A program made the position numbers and the translations under genes. DNA of 32,000 nucleotides, taken from Methanobrevibacter sp. Lineage in GTDB: Archaea; Methanobacteriota; Methanobacteria; Methanobacteriales; Methanobacteriaceae. The notes below the pieces were generated by a model. It was not told the origin of the DNA. It searched no databases and saw only the letters and a program-made list of their open reading frames with translations. The stretch is taken from positions 9,131-41,130 of the forward strand of contig NZ_JBGVFE010000064.1 of NCBI RefSeq assembly GCF_045120835.1. Direction: 5' to 3'. Shown piece after piece: positions 1-8,703 of this stretch (position 1 is the stretch's first letter; each line of letters opens with the position of its first letter).

Positions 1-2031
1 GTTGCTTTATTGTCTGGAAGTGTTCCTTTAGCTAAAAAAACTGTTACTCTTACAGTTGATGGAAAATCATACACCAAAACCACTGACGATAATGGTATTG
101 TGTCACTCCCTATTAGTTTGCCTATTGGAAAATATACCATTTCATATACCAACAAGGCGGAATCCAAAATAAATTCAAAAACAGGCAGTACCACTATCGA
201 AGTCGTTGAAAAAGTCACTACCCTAAATGGATATGGATATTGGGTGTTCGGTTCAGACATGAAAAATGTAGACTTAAGTTCCCTTGCTTCTAAAGGAACT
301 ACTGATTTATTCCTGAATTACTACGCATTGGAAAAACATGGTCAAAGTGCTGTGGAATCATGGATTGCAAGTGCCAATACTTTAGGAATGAGAGTTCACA
401 TTTGGATGCAGGCATTTTATAACGATGGAGAGTGGGTAAATCCGGCAACAAACTCTAAAATTTGCACATCTAAGATAGCTGAAGCTAAAAAGTATGCTGC
501 AATTAAGGGAGTTGCAGGTGTTCACTTGGATTACTTGAGATATCCTGGAAATGCATATAAAACATCTGGAGGTACTAAAGCTATCAGCAATTTCGCAAAA
601 GATGTTGCAGAAGCGGTCCATGGCGTTAATTCTAAACTTATAGTTTCAGCTGCTTTAATGCCTGAAACCACAGATAATATTTATTATTATGGTCAGGACA
701 TGTCTGCGCTCAGTAAATATCTGGATGTTGTCATTCCAATGATTTATAAGGGAAATTATAACTCCGATACAAATTGGATCAAAACTACTACAAAATGGTT
801 TGTCGACAATTCCAATGGTGCCAAAGTTTGGGCAGGATTGCAAGGCTATGAATCTGATGATAATGTCGTGAAATTGTCCACATCTGAAATAACGAATGAT
901 GCACAGGCTGCACTTAACGGTAATGGTGCTGGAGTAATCGTATTCAGGTGGGGTCAAACCAATTTCGTAAATTTCAATTCATTGACTGCTAAATCTACAG
1001 CCTCATCCTCAACTGCGGCAACAGGTACTACAGCAGTTCCATCAGGCACTACAATATCCATTAAGAACATCATTGCAGGTGCAAATACCGTAAAATCATA
1101 TTATGCATCAATGGGTAAAGTTCCGGATACTGTAACTGCGGGAGGAATTACTTTTACAGCTTCTGAATTTTTATATGTTATGGCCAAGGCGGTTTATCAG
1201 TTGGGCAATTCCAACACTGCGGATATAGCTGTTCTTAAAGGAGTTTCAGCCCCTTCATCTCCATCCGGAGATAATATTTATTCAGAACAACTGTTGCAGG
1301 CGGATTATTTGACTGTAGCTAAAAATCTTGTTTCATTCATTGAAACAAACAATAGGGCTCCAAACTATTCCTCCTCTGCGGTAGGAAATATTATATTTGA
1401 TGAAGTGGTTGATGCATTTGCACGTACATTGTCATTTTACGGTACTGAGTCTAGATTATCCAATTACTGTACTATAACTTACATTGATTCAAGCAGCAGC
1501 AGTAGCAGTAGCAGCAGTAGCAGTTCCTCATTTTCAATAACCGGTGCGGGTTTAAATGAGAAGAACACTATAAAAGATTTAACTAATTACTATAAATCTT
1601 CTTCTAACTGTCAGGTTGGCGATTCATCTATTAAATCAATTGTTAACTCTTTAACTAGTGGTTTAACCAGTGATTCAGCAAAAGCTAAAGCAATATTCAA
1701 TTATGTGAGGGATAAAATTTCATACAGTTTCTACTATGATACAAAATATGGTGCAAAAAATACCTTATCTTATAAATCAGGTAATTGTGTGGATCAATCA
1801 CATTTATTGGTTGCAATGTTTAGAACTGCAGGCCTTGCGGCAAGATATGTTCATGGAGTATGTAAGTTCAATAGTGGAAGCACTTACGGACATGTTTGGA
1901 CTCAAGTATTAATCGATGGGGTATGGGTTTGTGCAGACCCGACCAGCAGCAGTAATTCTTTGGGAAAAATTAATAATTGGAAAACCAGTTCATTCACATT
2001 GAATGCAAGATATTGTAGTTTGCCGTTCTAG
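1..2031 (+). CDS. Surface (adhesin-like) protein, 5'-truncated by the window edge: GHL-type TIM-barrel-like region, 2 pseudomurein-binding-like repeats, poly-Ser linker and transglutaminase-like cysteine protease core
   Basis: The frame is open from nt 1, so the TTG at 10 is not a real start. GHL/DUF4015-like motifs are VHLDYLRYPG and VIPMIYKG (about 223-963). Two PMBR-like segments lie at about 1051-1210 and 1286-1443. A 14-Ser linker follows. The C-terminal transglutaminase-like triad is Cys 1786-1788 (GNCVDQSHL), His 1891-1893 (YGHVWTQV) and Asp 1936-1938 (CADPT). Confidence 0.8.
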   Translation, partial: VALLSGSVPLAKKTVTLTVDGKSYTKTTDDNGIVSLPISLPIGKYTISYTNKAESKINSKTGSTTIEVVEKVTTLNGYGYWVFGSDMKNVDLSSLASKGTTDLFLNYYALEKHGQSAVESWIASANTLGMRVHIWMQAFYNDGEWVNPATNSKICTSKIAEAKKYAAIKGVAGVHLDYLRYPGNAYKTSGGTKAISNFAKDVAEAVHGVNSKLIVSAALMPETTDNIYYYGQDMSALSKYLDVVIPMIYKGNYNSDTNWIKTTTKWFVDNSNGAKVWAGLQGYESDDNVVKLSTSEITNDAQAALNGNGAGVIVFRWGQTNFVNFNSLTAKSTASSSTAATGTTAVPSGTTISIKNIIAGANTVKSYYASMGKVPDTVTAGGITFTASEFLYVMAKAVYQLGNSNTADIAVLKGVSAPSSPSGDNIYSEQLLQADYLTVAKNLVSFIETNNRAPNYSSSAVGNIIFDEVVDAFARTLSFYGTESRLSNYCTITYIDSSSSSSSSSSSSSSFSITGAGLNEKNTIKDLTNYYKSSSNCQVGDSSIKSIVNSLTSGLTSDSAKAKAIFNYVRDKISYSFYYDTKYGAKNTLSYKSGNCVDQSHLLVAMFRTAGLAARYVHGVCKFNSGSTYGHVWTQVLIDGVWVCADPTSSSNSLGKINNWKTSSFTLNARYCSLPF
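1489..1530 (+). repeat. In-frame (AGC/AGT)n trinucleotide tract encoding 14 consecutive Ser
   Basis: The sequence reads tca agc agc agc agt agc agt agc agc agt agc agt tcc tca. It sits between the PMBR-like and transglutaminase-like parts. Confidence 0.95.
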
Positions 2032-2034
2032 TTA

Positions 2035-2063
2035 TTATTTTTTTCTTTCTTTTCTTTTTTTTT
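2035..2063 (+). terminator. Oligo-T terminator region after the surface-protein gene
   Basis: Runs of T6-T9 (tttttttctttcttttcttttttttt) start directly after the stop at 2029-2031. Archaeal termination uses oligo-T tracts. Confidence 0.5.
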
Positions 2064-2070
2064 ACAAAAT

Positions 2071-2098
2071 TTTAAATATTTAGGTTAATCAAAACTTT
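2071..2098 (+). promoter_or_regulatory. TATA-like box (TTTAAATA, 2071-2078) abutting a DtxR/IdeR-box-like half-site (TTAGGTTA, 2080-2087)
   Basis: The element lies about 50-80 nt upstream of the DtxR-family gene. Positions 2080-2098 match the 19-bp consensus TTAGGTTAGCCTAACCTAA at 13/19. The left half is 8/8 and the right half is poor. Confidence 0.3.
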
Positions 2099-2149
2099 TT
2101 TATACTCTAAAATATATAATATCTAATAAGATAAAATTAGGTGACTTTC

Positions 2150-2863
2150 ATGGCTGAAGGTAAAATTAGTGAAAATATTGAAGAATACCTTGAAGTTCTC
2201 TATCGTAATGGAAGTAACGGAGAACAGGTATCTACAACACAATTATCAAAGGATTTGGGGATTGCACCAGGTAGTGTAACTCAAATGCTTAAAAAACTGG
2301 AAGATCTTGGTTATATTTCATATACTCCATATAAGGGAGCTACCTTAACAGAGGAAGGAATGAAGATAGCTCGAAAAATCACAAGAAAACACAGAATTTT
2401 AGAGAAATTCCTGCTGGATATCTTAAAGGTTAAAGAGGAAAATATTCATGAACAGGCTTGTGAGATGGAGCATACCTTGTCCGATGAAGCTGAAAGGGCA
2501 ATATGTACTATGTTGCATCATCCTGATTTATGTCCTGATGATAATGTGATTCCTGCCTGTGACTTTGAATTTAATAGTTGTCAAGATTGTTTTTCACAAA
2601 AAGACTTTGACCAGGTAATGAATAGAAAATTTAACTTGTTGTCAATTTCTGAATTAACCGGAAATACTGAAGGTACAATTTCATTCATCCGTGGAAATTC
2701 TGAACTTTTAGATGAAATTACAGATGCGGGCATTAAAGTCGGCCAACATCTTAAATACGAATTCAATGAAAACCGTGTAGGCAATCATTACCTGGTAGTG
2801 ATTGATGATGAAGAGTTAAACATTCCAACAGATATGGCTAATAATATTTTTATTAGAGTTTAA
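2150..2863 (+). CDS. Iron/manganese-dependent transcriptional repressor, DtxR/MntR/SirR family, with C-terminal FeoA-like domain
   Basis: N-terminal wHTH motifs are IEEYLEVLY and STTQLSKDLGIAPGSVTQMLKKLE. The metal-site region reads HHPDLCPDDNVIP. The C-terminal FeoA/SH3-like segment reads GTISFIRG...GIKVGQHL. I prefer the ATG at 2150, which has AGGTGA 8 nt upstream, over the track GTG at 2141. Confidence 0.88.
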   Translation: MAEGKISENIEEYLEVLYRNGSNGEQVSTTQLSKDLGIAPGSVTQMLKKLEDLGYISYTPYKGATLTEEGMKIARKITRKHRILEKFLLDILKVKEENIHEQACEMEHTLSDEAERAICTMLHHPDLCPDDNVIPACDFEFNSCQDCFSQKDFDQVMNRKFNLLSISELTGNTEGTISFIRGNSELLDEITDAGIKVGQHLKYEFNENRVGNHYLVVIDDEELNIPTDMANNIFIRV

Positions 2864-2956
2864 CTTTAACCTTCTTTTTTTTACAAAAATTTTAAATAAT
2901 ATTTCCTTCAAACTTATTAGCATTAAATATAATTTATTTCTTTTTACGGTGTTTTA

Positions 2957-3472
<516 letters not shown>

Positions 3473-3570
3473 GTTTAATCAAAGAAATCATTTATATTTT
3501 AACATGTTCTTATAGTGACTATAATAATTTTTAATCAGGAATTTAATTTAACATTAATAGTGGTGAAAAA

Positions 3571-4668
3571 ATGGCAGATTTAATTGATCCATGGGCATCA
3601 TTTAGCCTAGATTATGACAAGTTGGTAAATCAATTCGGTATTGGAAAAATTTCAGATATTATTGGTGATGTTAAAAGCCCTCAAAGATTGATGAAAAGGG
3701 GTGTTATCTTTGGACATAGGGAATTCAATGAGATAGTTAAGTTAATCAATCAAAAAAAGGAATTTGCAGTTGTTACAGGTATGATGCCGAGTGGACAGAT
3801 GCACATTGGCCATAAGATGGTGGTTGATCAAATCAAATGGTATCAGGATATGGGGGCAATGCTCTCCCTGCCGATTGCTGATTTGGAAGCTTATGCCGCA
3901 AGGGATATGAGTTTTGAAAAAGGCCGAGAAATTGCCGTAAATGAATATTTGACAAACTGGATTGCATTGGGTCTTGACCTTGAAAAGGACAATGTCAATG
4001 TCTATCTGCAATCCCAAAACAATCTGTTGAAAAACTTGGCATTCAAAGCTTCAATTAAAACCAATTTCAGCCAGCTTAAGGCCATTTACGGTTTTGAAAA
4101 TTCAACCAATATTGCACACGTTCAGGCACCTCTATTTCAGGTTGCAGATATTCTGCTTCCGCAAATTGAGGAATTTGGAGGTCCAAAAAAGGTTGTTGTC
4201 CCTGTTGGAATCGACCAGGATCCCCACATCAGACTGACAAGAGATATTGCACACAAACTCAATGAGGAAGAGGGATTCATGTCTCCTGCTTCCACCTATC
4301 ACAGGTTCCTTACTGGCTTGACCGGCGATAAAATGAGCAGTTCAAAGCCTGCCACTGCGATATATCTCAATGATGATACTAAAACTGCGGTCAAAAAGGT
4401 CAAATCAGCCAAGACCGGAGGAAGGGAAACTCTGAAAGAACAGGAAGAGTTGGGTGGAGAAGTGGATAAGTGTGTAATATACGAAATGCTGCTGTACCAC
4501 TTCATCGATGACGATAAGGAGCTTGAAAAAATCAGGCAGGACTGTTTGAATGGAACTTTGCGCTGCGGTGAGTGCAAAGTCAAAACTGCCGAGCTTATGG
4601 AAAAGTTCATGGATGACTTGCACGAAAAACAGGTGGAAGCATCAGAAATTGCCAAAACATTGATATAA
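3571..4668 (+). CDS. trpS: Tryptophan--tRNA ligase (class I aaRS)
   Basis: Carries a HIGH motif (MHIGHKM), a KMSKS-type motif (KMSSSKP) and GIDQDPHIRLTRDIA. The 365-aa length fits archaeal TrpRS better than TyrRS. Confidence 0.8.
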   Translation: MADLIDPWASFSLDYDKLVNQFGIGKISDIIGDVKSPQRLMKRGVIFGHREFNEIVKLINQKKEFAVVTGMMPSGQMHIGHKMVVDQIKWYQDMGAMLSLPIADLEAYAARDMSFEKGREIAVNEYLTNWIALGLDLEKDNVNVYLQSQNNLLKNLAFKASIKTNFSQLKAIYGFENSTNIAHVQAPLFQVADILLPQIEEFGGPKKVVVPVGIDQDPHIRLTRDIAHKLNEEEGFMSPASTYHRFLTGLTGDKMSSSKPATAIYLNDDTKTAVKKVKSAKTGGRETLKEQEELGGEVDKCVIYEMLLYHFIDDDKELEKIRQDCLNGTLRCGECKVKTAELMEKFMDDLHEKQVEASEIAKTLI

Positions 4669-5285
4669 TGTTAGAAGAAGTCAAGCTAGCTTTCAGCGAA
4701 AATAAAATGGCCATTTATACTTCAATTGCTATTATGGCCATATCTCTAGTTTTAGGTTATTTTCTAGAACCTTATATGCACAGCTATCTGAATCCTGTTG
4801 TGGAGGATTTAACCCAAAAGGTTCAGACCGGCGTTATAACATTAACATTTCAAAGTATCTTTTTAAACAATATCAGAATAGTCTTTGCAATGTTTATTTA
4901 TGGAGGGATATTCTGTTTTTCAGCGGTGATTCTTGGATTCAACGGATTTTTTGTTGGATATTATGTTGCGACAACCGATGATTTCGTTAAGGCATTGCTC
5001 CTGATAATGCCTCACGGAATTTTTGAGTTTTCTTCATGCATAATCGCATGCGCTTCAGGTTTTGTTTTATTCAATTCCCTGGTTAAATTTCTTAAGACGT
5101 TGTTAAAACAGGAAAATAATTCAATTAGGGATAGGCTATCCATATCATTCGATACAGGTTTTGGCAAATTAAAACAGGCCTTTGTTCTGTTTGTTGTTGC
5201 TTCAATTTTAATGGCAATTGCAGGTTTCATTGAAGCTTATCTGACACTGCCGATTGCAGAATTCATATATCCATTTTTGAGTTAA
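4668..5285 (+). CDS. SpoIIM-like (DUF95) integral membrane protein
   Basis: Contains several hydrophobic helices and an MPHGIFEFSSCIIACASG motif typical of the stage II sporulation protein M family. The start overlaps the trpS stop (TAATG), which suggests translational coupling. Confidence 0.7.
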   Translation: MLEEVKLAFSENKMAIYTSIAIMAISLVLGYFLEPYMHSYLNPVVEDLTQKVQTGVITLTFQSIFLNNIRIVFAMFIYGGIFCFSAVILGFNGFFVGYYVATTDDFVKALLLIMPHGIFEFSSCIIACASGFVLFNSLVKFLKTLLKQENNSIRDRLSISFDTGFGKLKQAFVLFVVASILMAIAGFIEAYLTLPIAEFIYPFLS

Positions 5286-5329
5286 ATTTTATATAGATAT
5301 ACTTGACAAAATATATATAGTGATTTTTT

Positions 5330-6526
5330 ATGATTAGATGTGTTTCATGTGGAGAAGAATATGATGACGATGAAGTAATCTACACTTGTAAAAAGTGCGG
5401 ATCAGTTCTTGAACTCGTCAATGAAATAGACGTTTCAAAAGACATTTTTGACGGTAGAAGAGATAATTTATGGAAATTTAAAGAATGCATTCCAGTGGAT
5501 GAATCTAAAATCGTTTCACTTGATGAAGGTGGAACTCCATTCTGCAAATGTGATAAGCTGGGAAAAGAGCTTGGAGTAAACTTATACGTTAAGGTTGAAG
5601 GTTCCAACCCAACCGGAAGTTTCAAAGACAGAGGAATGACTGTCGGTATGACAAAAGCAATGGAATTGGGAGTGGACACTGTAGGATGTGCTTCAACTGG
5701 AAACACTTCCGCATCACTTTCAGCTTATGCTGCACGTGCAGGCCTTCGATGCATCGTATTTTTACCTTCAGGAAAGGTTGCACTTGGAAAATTGGCCCAG
5801 GCAATGTTCCATGGTGCTGAAGTAATGTCTATAAATGGAAACTTTGATGAGGCTCTTGAAGCCATGACTGCTCTTGCATTGGAAAAACATCTTTACTTAC
5901 TAAATTCAATCAATCCTTACAGGTTGGAAGGACAAAAGACAATAGGATATGAAATCGTTCGTGATTTGGGTTGGCAGGCTCCTGACAGGATTGTCTTGCC
6001 TGTCGGAAATGCAGGTAATATTTCAGCCATCTGGAAAGGTGTTAAAGAATTTTATGATGCGGGATTCATTAAGGATTTGCCAATGATGACTGGTATTCAG
6101 GCGGAAGGTGCATGTCCTGTTACAAATGCATTTAAGAAAGGAGATAAAAGGGTTGTGCCTGTTGAGAATCCAGAAACAATTGCAACCGCTATACGTATTG
6201 GTGCTCCGGTTAGTGATATAAAAGCTTTAAATGCTATTTATGATTCGAACGGTTATTCTGAAACAGTAACTGATGAGGAAATCCTTGATGCACAAAAATT
6301 GCTCGCAAGAACTGAGGGCATTGGTGTTGAACCAGCTTCAGCAGCTTCTATTGCAGGTCTTAAAAAACTTGTTGACGAAGGCGTGATTGATAAAGGTGAA
6401 ACAATTACCTGTGTTGTAACTGGACATTTGCTTAAAGATCCTAACACTGCTATTGATGCATGTACTCAACCTACTGAGGTTGATGCAGATATAGACACTT
6501 TAAGAGAGATTTTAATGAACAAATAA
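5330..6526 (+). CDS. thrC: Threonine synthase
   Basis: Has an N-terminal Cys4 ribbon (CVSCG...CKKCG) and the PLP-Lys motif GSFKDRG, followed by GCASTGNTSASL and VGNAGNISA. Confidence 0.92.
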   Translation: MIRCVSCGEEYDDDEVIYTCKKCGSVLELVNEIDVSKDIFDGRRDNLWKFKECIPVDESKIVSLDEGGTPFCKCDKLGKELGVNLYVKVEGSNPTGSFKDRGMTVGMTKAMELGVDTVGCASTGNTSASLSAYAARAGLRCIVFLPSGKVALGKLAQAMFHGAEVMSINGNFDEALEAMTALALEKHLYLLNSINPYRLEGQKTIGYEIVRDLGWQAPDRIVLPVGNAGNISAIWKGVKEFYDAGFIKDLPMMTGIQAEGACPVTNAFKKGDKRVVPVENPETIATAIRIGAPVSDIKALNAIYDSNGYSETVTDEEILDAQKLLARTEGIGVEPASAASIAGLKKLVDEGVIDKGETITCVVTGHLLKDPNTAIDACTQPTEVDADIDTLREILMNK

Positions 6527-6718
6527 ATTTTGCTTTAAATCTCTTTTACTTTTTATTTTTTCTTTTAATTCTTTAATATTCAAACAAAAGTTATACTTTT
6601 TTTGTTTAAAGTAAGGTATGAAAAACATTTTTAAAGATATTAATGTCACTATTTATGTTAAAATATCATGGTTTGATATGTTGAAATTTTTGAAAATTAA
6701 CCGTGCAAAACCAATATA

Positions 6719-6726
6719 TTTATATA
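6719..6726 (+). promoter_or_regulatory. Archaeal TATA box (TTTATATA) for the histone gene
   Basis: A consensus TTTATATA lies about 50 nt upstream of the ATG at 6776, with an A-rich BRE-like stretch upstream. The SD GTGAGGTG lies at 6762-6769. Confidence 0.45.
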
Positions 6727-6775
6727 TAAGCAAATTATAACTATTATTAACAAAGTTAAATGTGAGGTGTAATAT

Positions 6776-6976
6776 ATGAGTGAATTACCAATAGCTCCTG
6801 TAGGCAGAGTCCTCAAAAATGCTGGTGCACAAAGAGTAAGTGATGACGCAAAAATCGCTTTAACCGAAGCTATCGAAGACTACGGTAATGAAATCGCACA
6901 AAAAGCAGTAGGATTTGCTCGCCACGCAGGTAGAAAAACCGTAAAAGCTGAAGATGTAAAATTAGCAATCAAATAG
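6776..6976 (+). CDS. Archaeal histone (HMf family)
   Basis: The 66-aa product reads [23 protein letters not shown]...[17 protein letters not shown]. This is a canonical histone fold sequence of methanogen histones. Confidence 0.95.
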   Translation: MSELPIAPVGRVLKNAGAQRVSDDAKIALTEAIEDYGNEIAQKAVGFARHAGRKTVKAEDVKLAIK

Positions 6977-7000
6977 ATTCGTTCAATGATCATTTTCATG

Positions 7001-7062
7001 GATAGTAATTATTCATTACTATCGCTTTTACAATTTTTTTATTTTTTGATTTTATTTTTTTT
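7001..7062 (+). terminator. Hairpin plus oligo-T terminator after the histone gene
   Basis: A perfect 9-bp inverted repeat GATAGTAAT/ATTACTATC (7001-7023, 5-nt loop) is followed by T7, T6 and T8 runs. Confidence 0.5.
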
Positions 7063-7386
7063 GTTCAAAGTTAACTAATTTTAAGCTATTTTTGCAAACA
7101 TTTATATACTATACTAACTAATTTAATATTGTCTAGTTCTCTAGAATTATTTCATTGATTACTAAATTTTTATTTTTAGTTTTGCTAAAAATTATATGAA
7201 ATTCAGAAGTATTTGTATTGAAAGTCTAATCCCCCTATTTTTTCTTATGGGATTATATTTAGTGATATATGAATTGTTCAAGAATTAGTATTATTAAAAA
7301 CCATGTTAGATTGCTCTATAAAAAAATTTGAGTAGTTTAATTGGTTATAATTAAATAATATTATGATTCAAAATGGATTATAATAT

Positions 7387-7422
7387 CTGCCGATGGATGG
7401 CAATGCCAGATGAAAAAGGAGG
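7387..7422 (+). promoter_or_regulatory. Putative k-turn/k-loop RNA element in the L7Ae mRNA leader, adjoining the SD
   Basis: G7396-A7397 is followed by a 4-bp hairpin UGGC/GCCA (7398-7401/7405-7408, loop AAU). A 3-nt bulge GAU (7409-7411) and G7412-A7413 follow. This matches the k-turn consensus of C helix, 3-nt bulge and tandem sheared G.A/A.G. CUGCC (7387-7391) can pair with the SD GGAGG (7418-7422). Confidence 0.45.
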
Positions 7423-7430
7423 TATATATT

Positions 7431-7799
7431 ATGGCAAACATTTATGTAAAATTTGATACACCAGAAGAATTAGCTAAACAAGCTGAAGAAGCATTAGAAA
7501 CCGCACAAGCTACCGGTAAAGTAGCAAAAGGTACTAACGAAGTAACCAAATTCATCGAAAGAGGAGATGCAGCATTAGTTGTAATCGCAGAAGATGTTGA
7601 TCCTGCTGAAATCGTTGCACACATTCCTGTTCTCGCTGATGAAAAAGAAATTCCTTACGTATACTTACCAACCAAAGAACAAGTTGGCGTAGCTGCTGGT
7701 TTAACTGTTGGTACTGCTTCCGCATGTATTGTTGATGCTGGTGACGCTGAAGCTGCTGTAACTGAAATCGTAGAAAAAGTTGCTGAATTAAAAGAATAA
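7431..7799 (+). CDS. rpl7ae: 50S ribosomal protein L7Ae (k-turn binding)
   Basis: Motifs MANIYVKFDTPEEL, KGTNEVTK and LVVIAEDVDPAEIVAHIP match archaeal L7Ae. I prefer the ATG at 7431, which lies 8 nt after AGGAGG and gives an N-terminus like other L7Ae proteins. The track start at 7410 lies inside the k-turn motif. Confidence 0.93.
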   Translation: MANIYVKFDTPEELAKQAEEALETAQATGKVAKGTNEVTKFIERGDAALVVIAEDVDPAEIVAHIPVLADEKEIPYVYLPTKEQVGVAAGLTVGTASACIVDAGDAEAAVTEIVEKVAELKE

Positions 7800-7833
7800 A
7801 TAAATTCTTTTAAGGATTTTTACGGTGATTTAA

Positions 7834-8040
7834 ATGGAAGAAGGAACTCCTGCTGAAGTCATTGAAGTTTTAAAAAGAACTGGTATGACTGGTGAGGTAA
7901 TGCAAATTAAATGCAGAATCCTCGATGGTAGAGATAAAGGAAGAATTTTAACAAGAAACATTATGGGTCCTGTAAGAGAAGGCGACATTTTAATGTTACT
8001 TGATACTATTAGAGAAGCTAAAGAAATTAGAACTCCTTAA
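7834..8040 (+). CDS. rps28e: 30S ribosomal protein S28e
   Basis: The 68-aa product reads [48 protein letters not shown]. Confidence 0.93.
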   Translation: MEEGTPAEVIEVLKRTGMTGEVMQIKCRILDGRDKGRILTRNIMGPVREGDILMLLDTIREAKEIRTP

Positions 8041-8054
8041 GAAGGTGTAAAAGC

Positions 8055-8216
8055 ATGAGAACTTGTTCATTCTGTAATAAAGAAATAGAAGAAGGTACAG
8101 GAAAAATGTACGTTAAAAGAGACGGTTCAATTTATTTCTTTTGTAGCAGCAAATGCGAAAAAAATATGATTAAACTCGGAAGAGTTCCAAGAAAAGTTAA
8201 ATGGGTTAAACAATGA
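8055..8216 (+). CDS. rpl24e: 50S ribosomal protein L24e (not in the supplied ORF track, 53 aa)
   Basis: Hand translation gives [53 protein letters not shown]. This is the Cys4 zinc-ribbon L24e signature. The stop overlaps the ndk start (ATGA at 8213-8216). Confidence 0.9.
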   Translation: MRTCSFCNKEIEEGTGKMYVKRDGSIYFFCSSKCEKNMIKLGRVPRKVKWVKQ

Positions 8217-8665
8217 TTCAAAAAAGTTTTGTTATGATGAAACCAGACGCTGTTCAAAGACGTCTCATGGGTAAAATATTATCTCGTTTTGAAGAAAAAG
8301 GTCTTCAAATCGTTGCATGTAAATTAATTCACATTGATGAAGATTTAGCAAAAACTCATTATGGAGAACACGCTGAAAAACCATTTTTCCCAAGTTTAGT
8401 TGAGTATATTACTTCTTCACCATCCCTTGCAATGGTAATTCAAGGAGAAGAAGCTATTACTACTATCAGGAAAATTGTTGGTGCAACCAATCCTTTAGAA
8501 GCAGATCTTGGAACTATTAGAGGAGACTTTGGTATGGATACCGGTAGAAACATTATTCATGCTTCAGATGCTCCTGAATCTGCAGAAAGAGAAATTGGCC
8601 TTTTCTTTAATGAAGATGAAATTTGCGATTATCAGATAGTCGATAACGATTTAATTTATGAATAA
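8213..8665 (+). CDS. ndk: Nucleoside diphosphate kinase
   Basis: Motifs are [20 protein letters not shown] and the active-site region NIIHASD. Confidence 0.93.
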   Translation: MIQKSFVMMKPDAVQRRLMGKILSRFEEKGLQIVACKLIHIDEDLAKTHYGEHAEKPFFPSLVEYITSSPSLAMVIQGEEAITTIRKIVGATNPLEADLGTIRGDFGMDTGRNIIHASDAPESAEREIGLFFNEDEICDYQIVDNDLIYE

Positions 8666-8703
8666 ATTTAGAGTTTAAAAATTTTATTATTAAAGAAGAT
8701 ATT

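Noticed and set aside
6986-7078. A 30-codon hydrophobic ORF (MIIFMDSNYSLLSLLQFFYFLILFFLFKVN) after the histone gene.
   Set aside because: It has no SD. It is composed largely of the terminator hairpin and oligo-T runs (TTT = Phe), so its hydrophobicity is a by-product of terminator sequence.
7410-7430. The track start codon for L7Ae (ATG at 7410, giving MKKEVYI before MANIYVKF).
   Set aside because: No SD lies upstream of it. The strong AGGAGG lies between 7410 and 7431 at ideal spacing for 7431. The ATG at 7410 is part of the GAUGA of the putative k-turn. Archaeal L7Ae proteins begin close to the YVKF motif.
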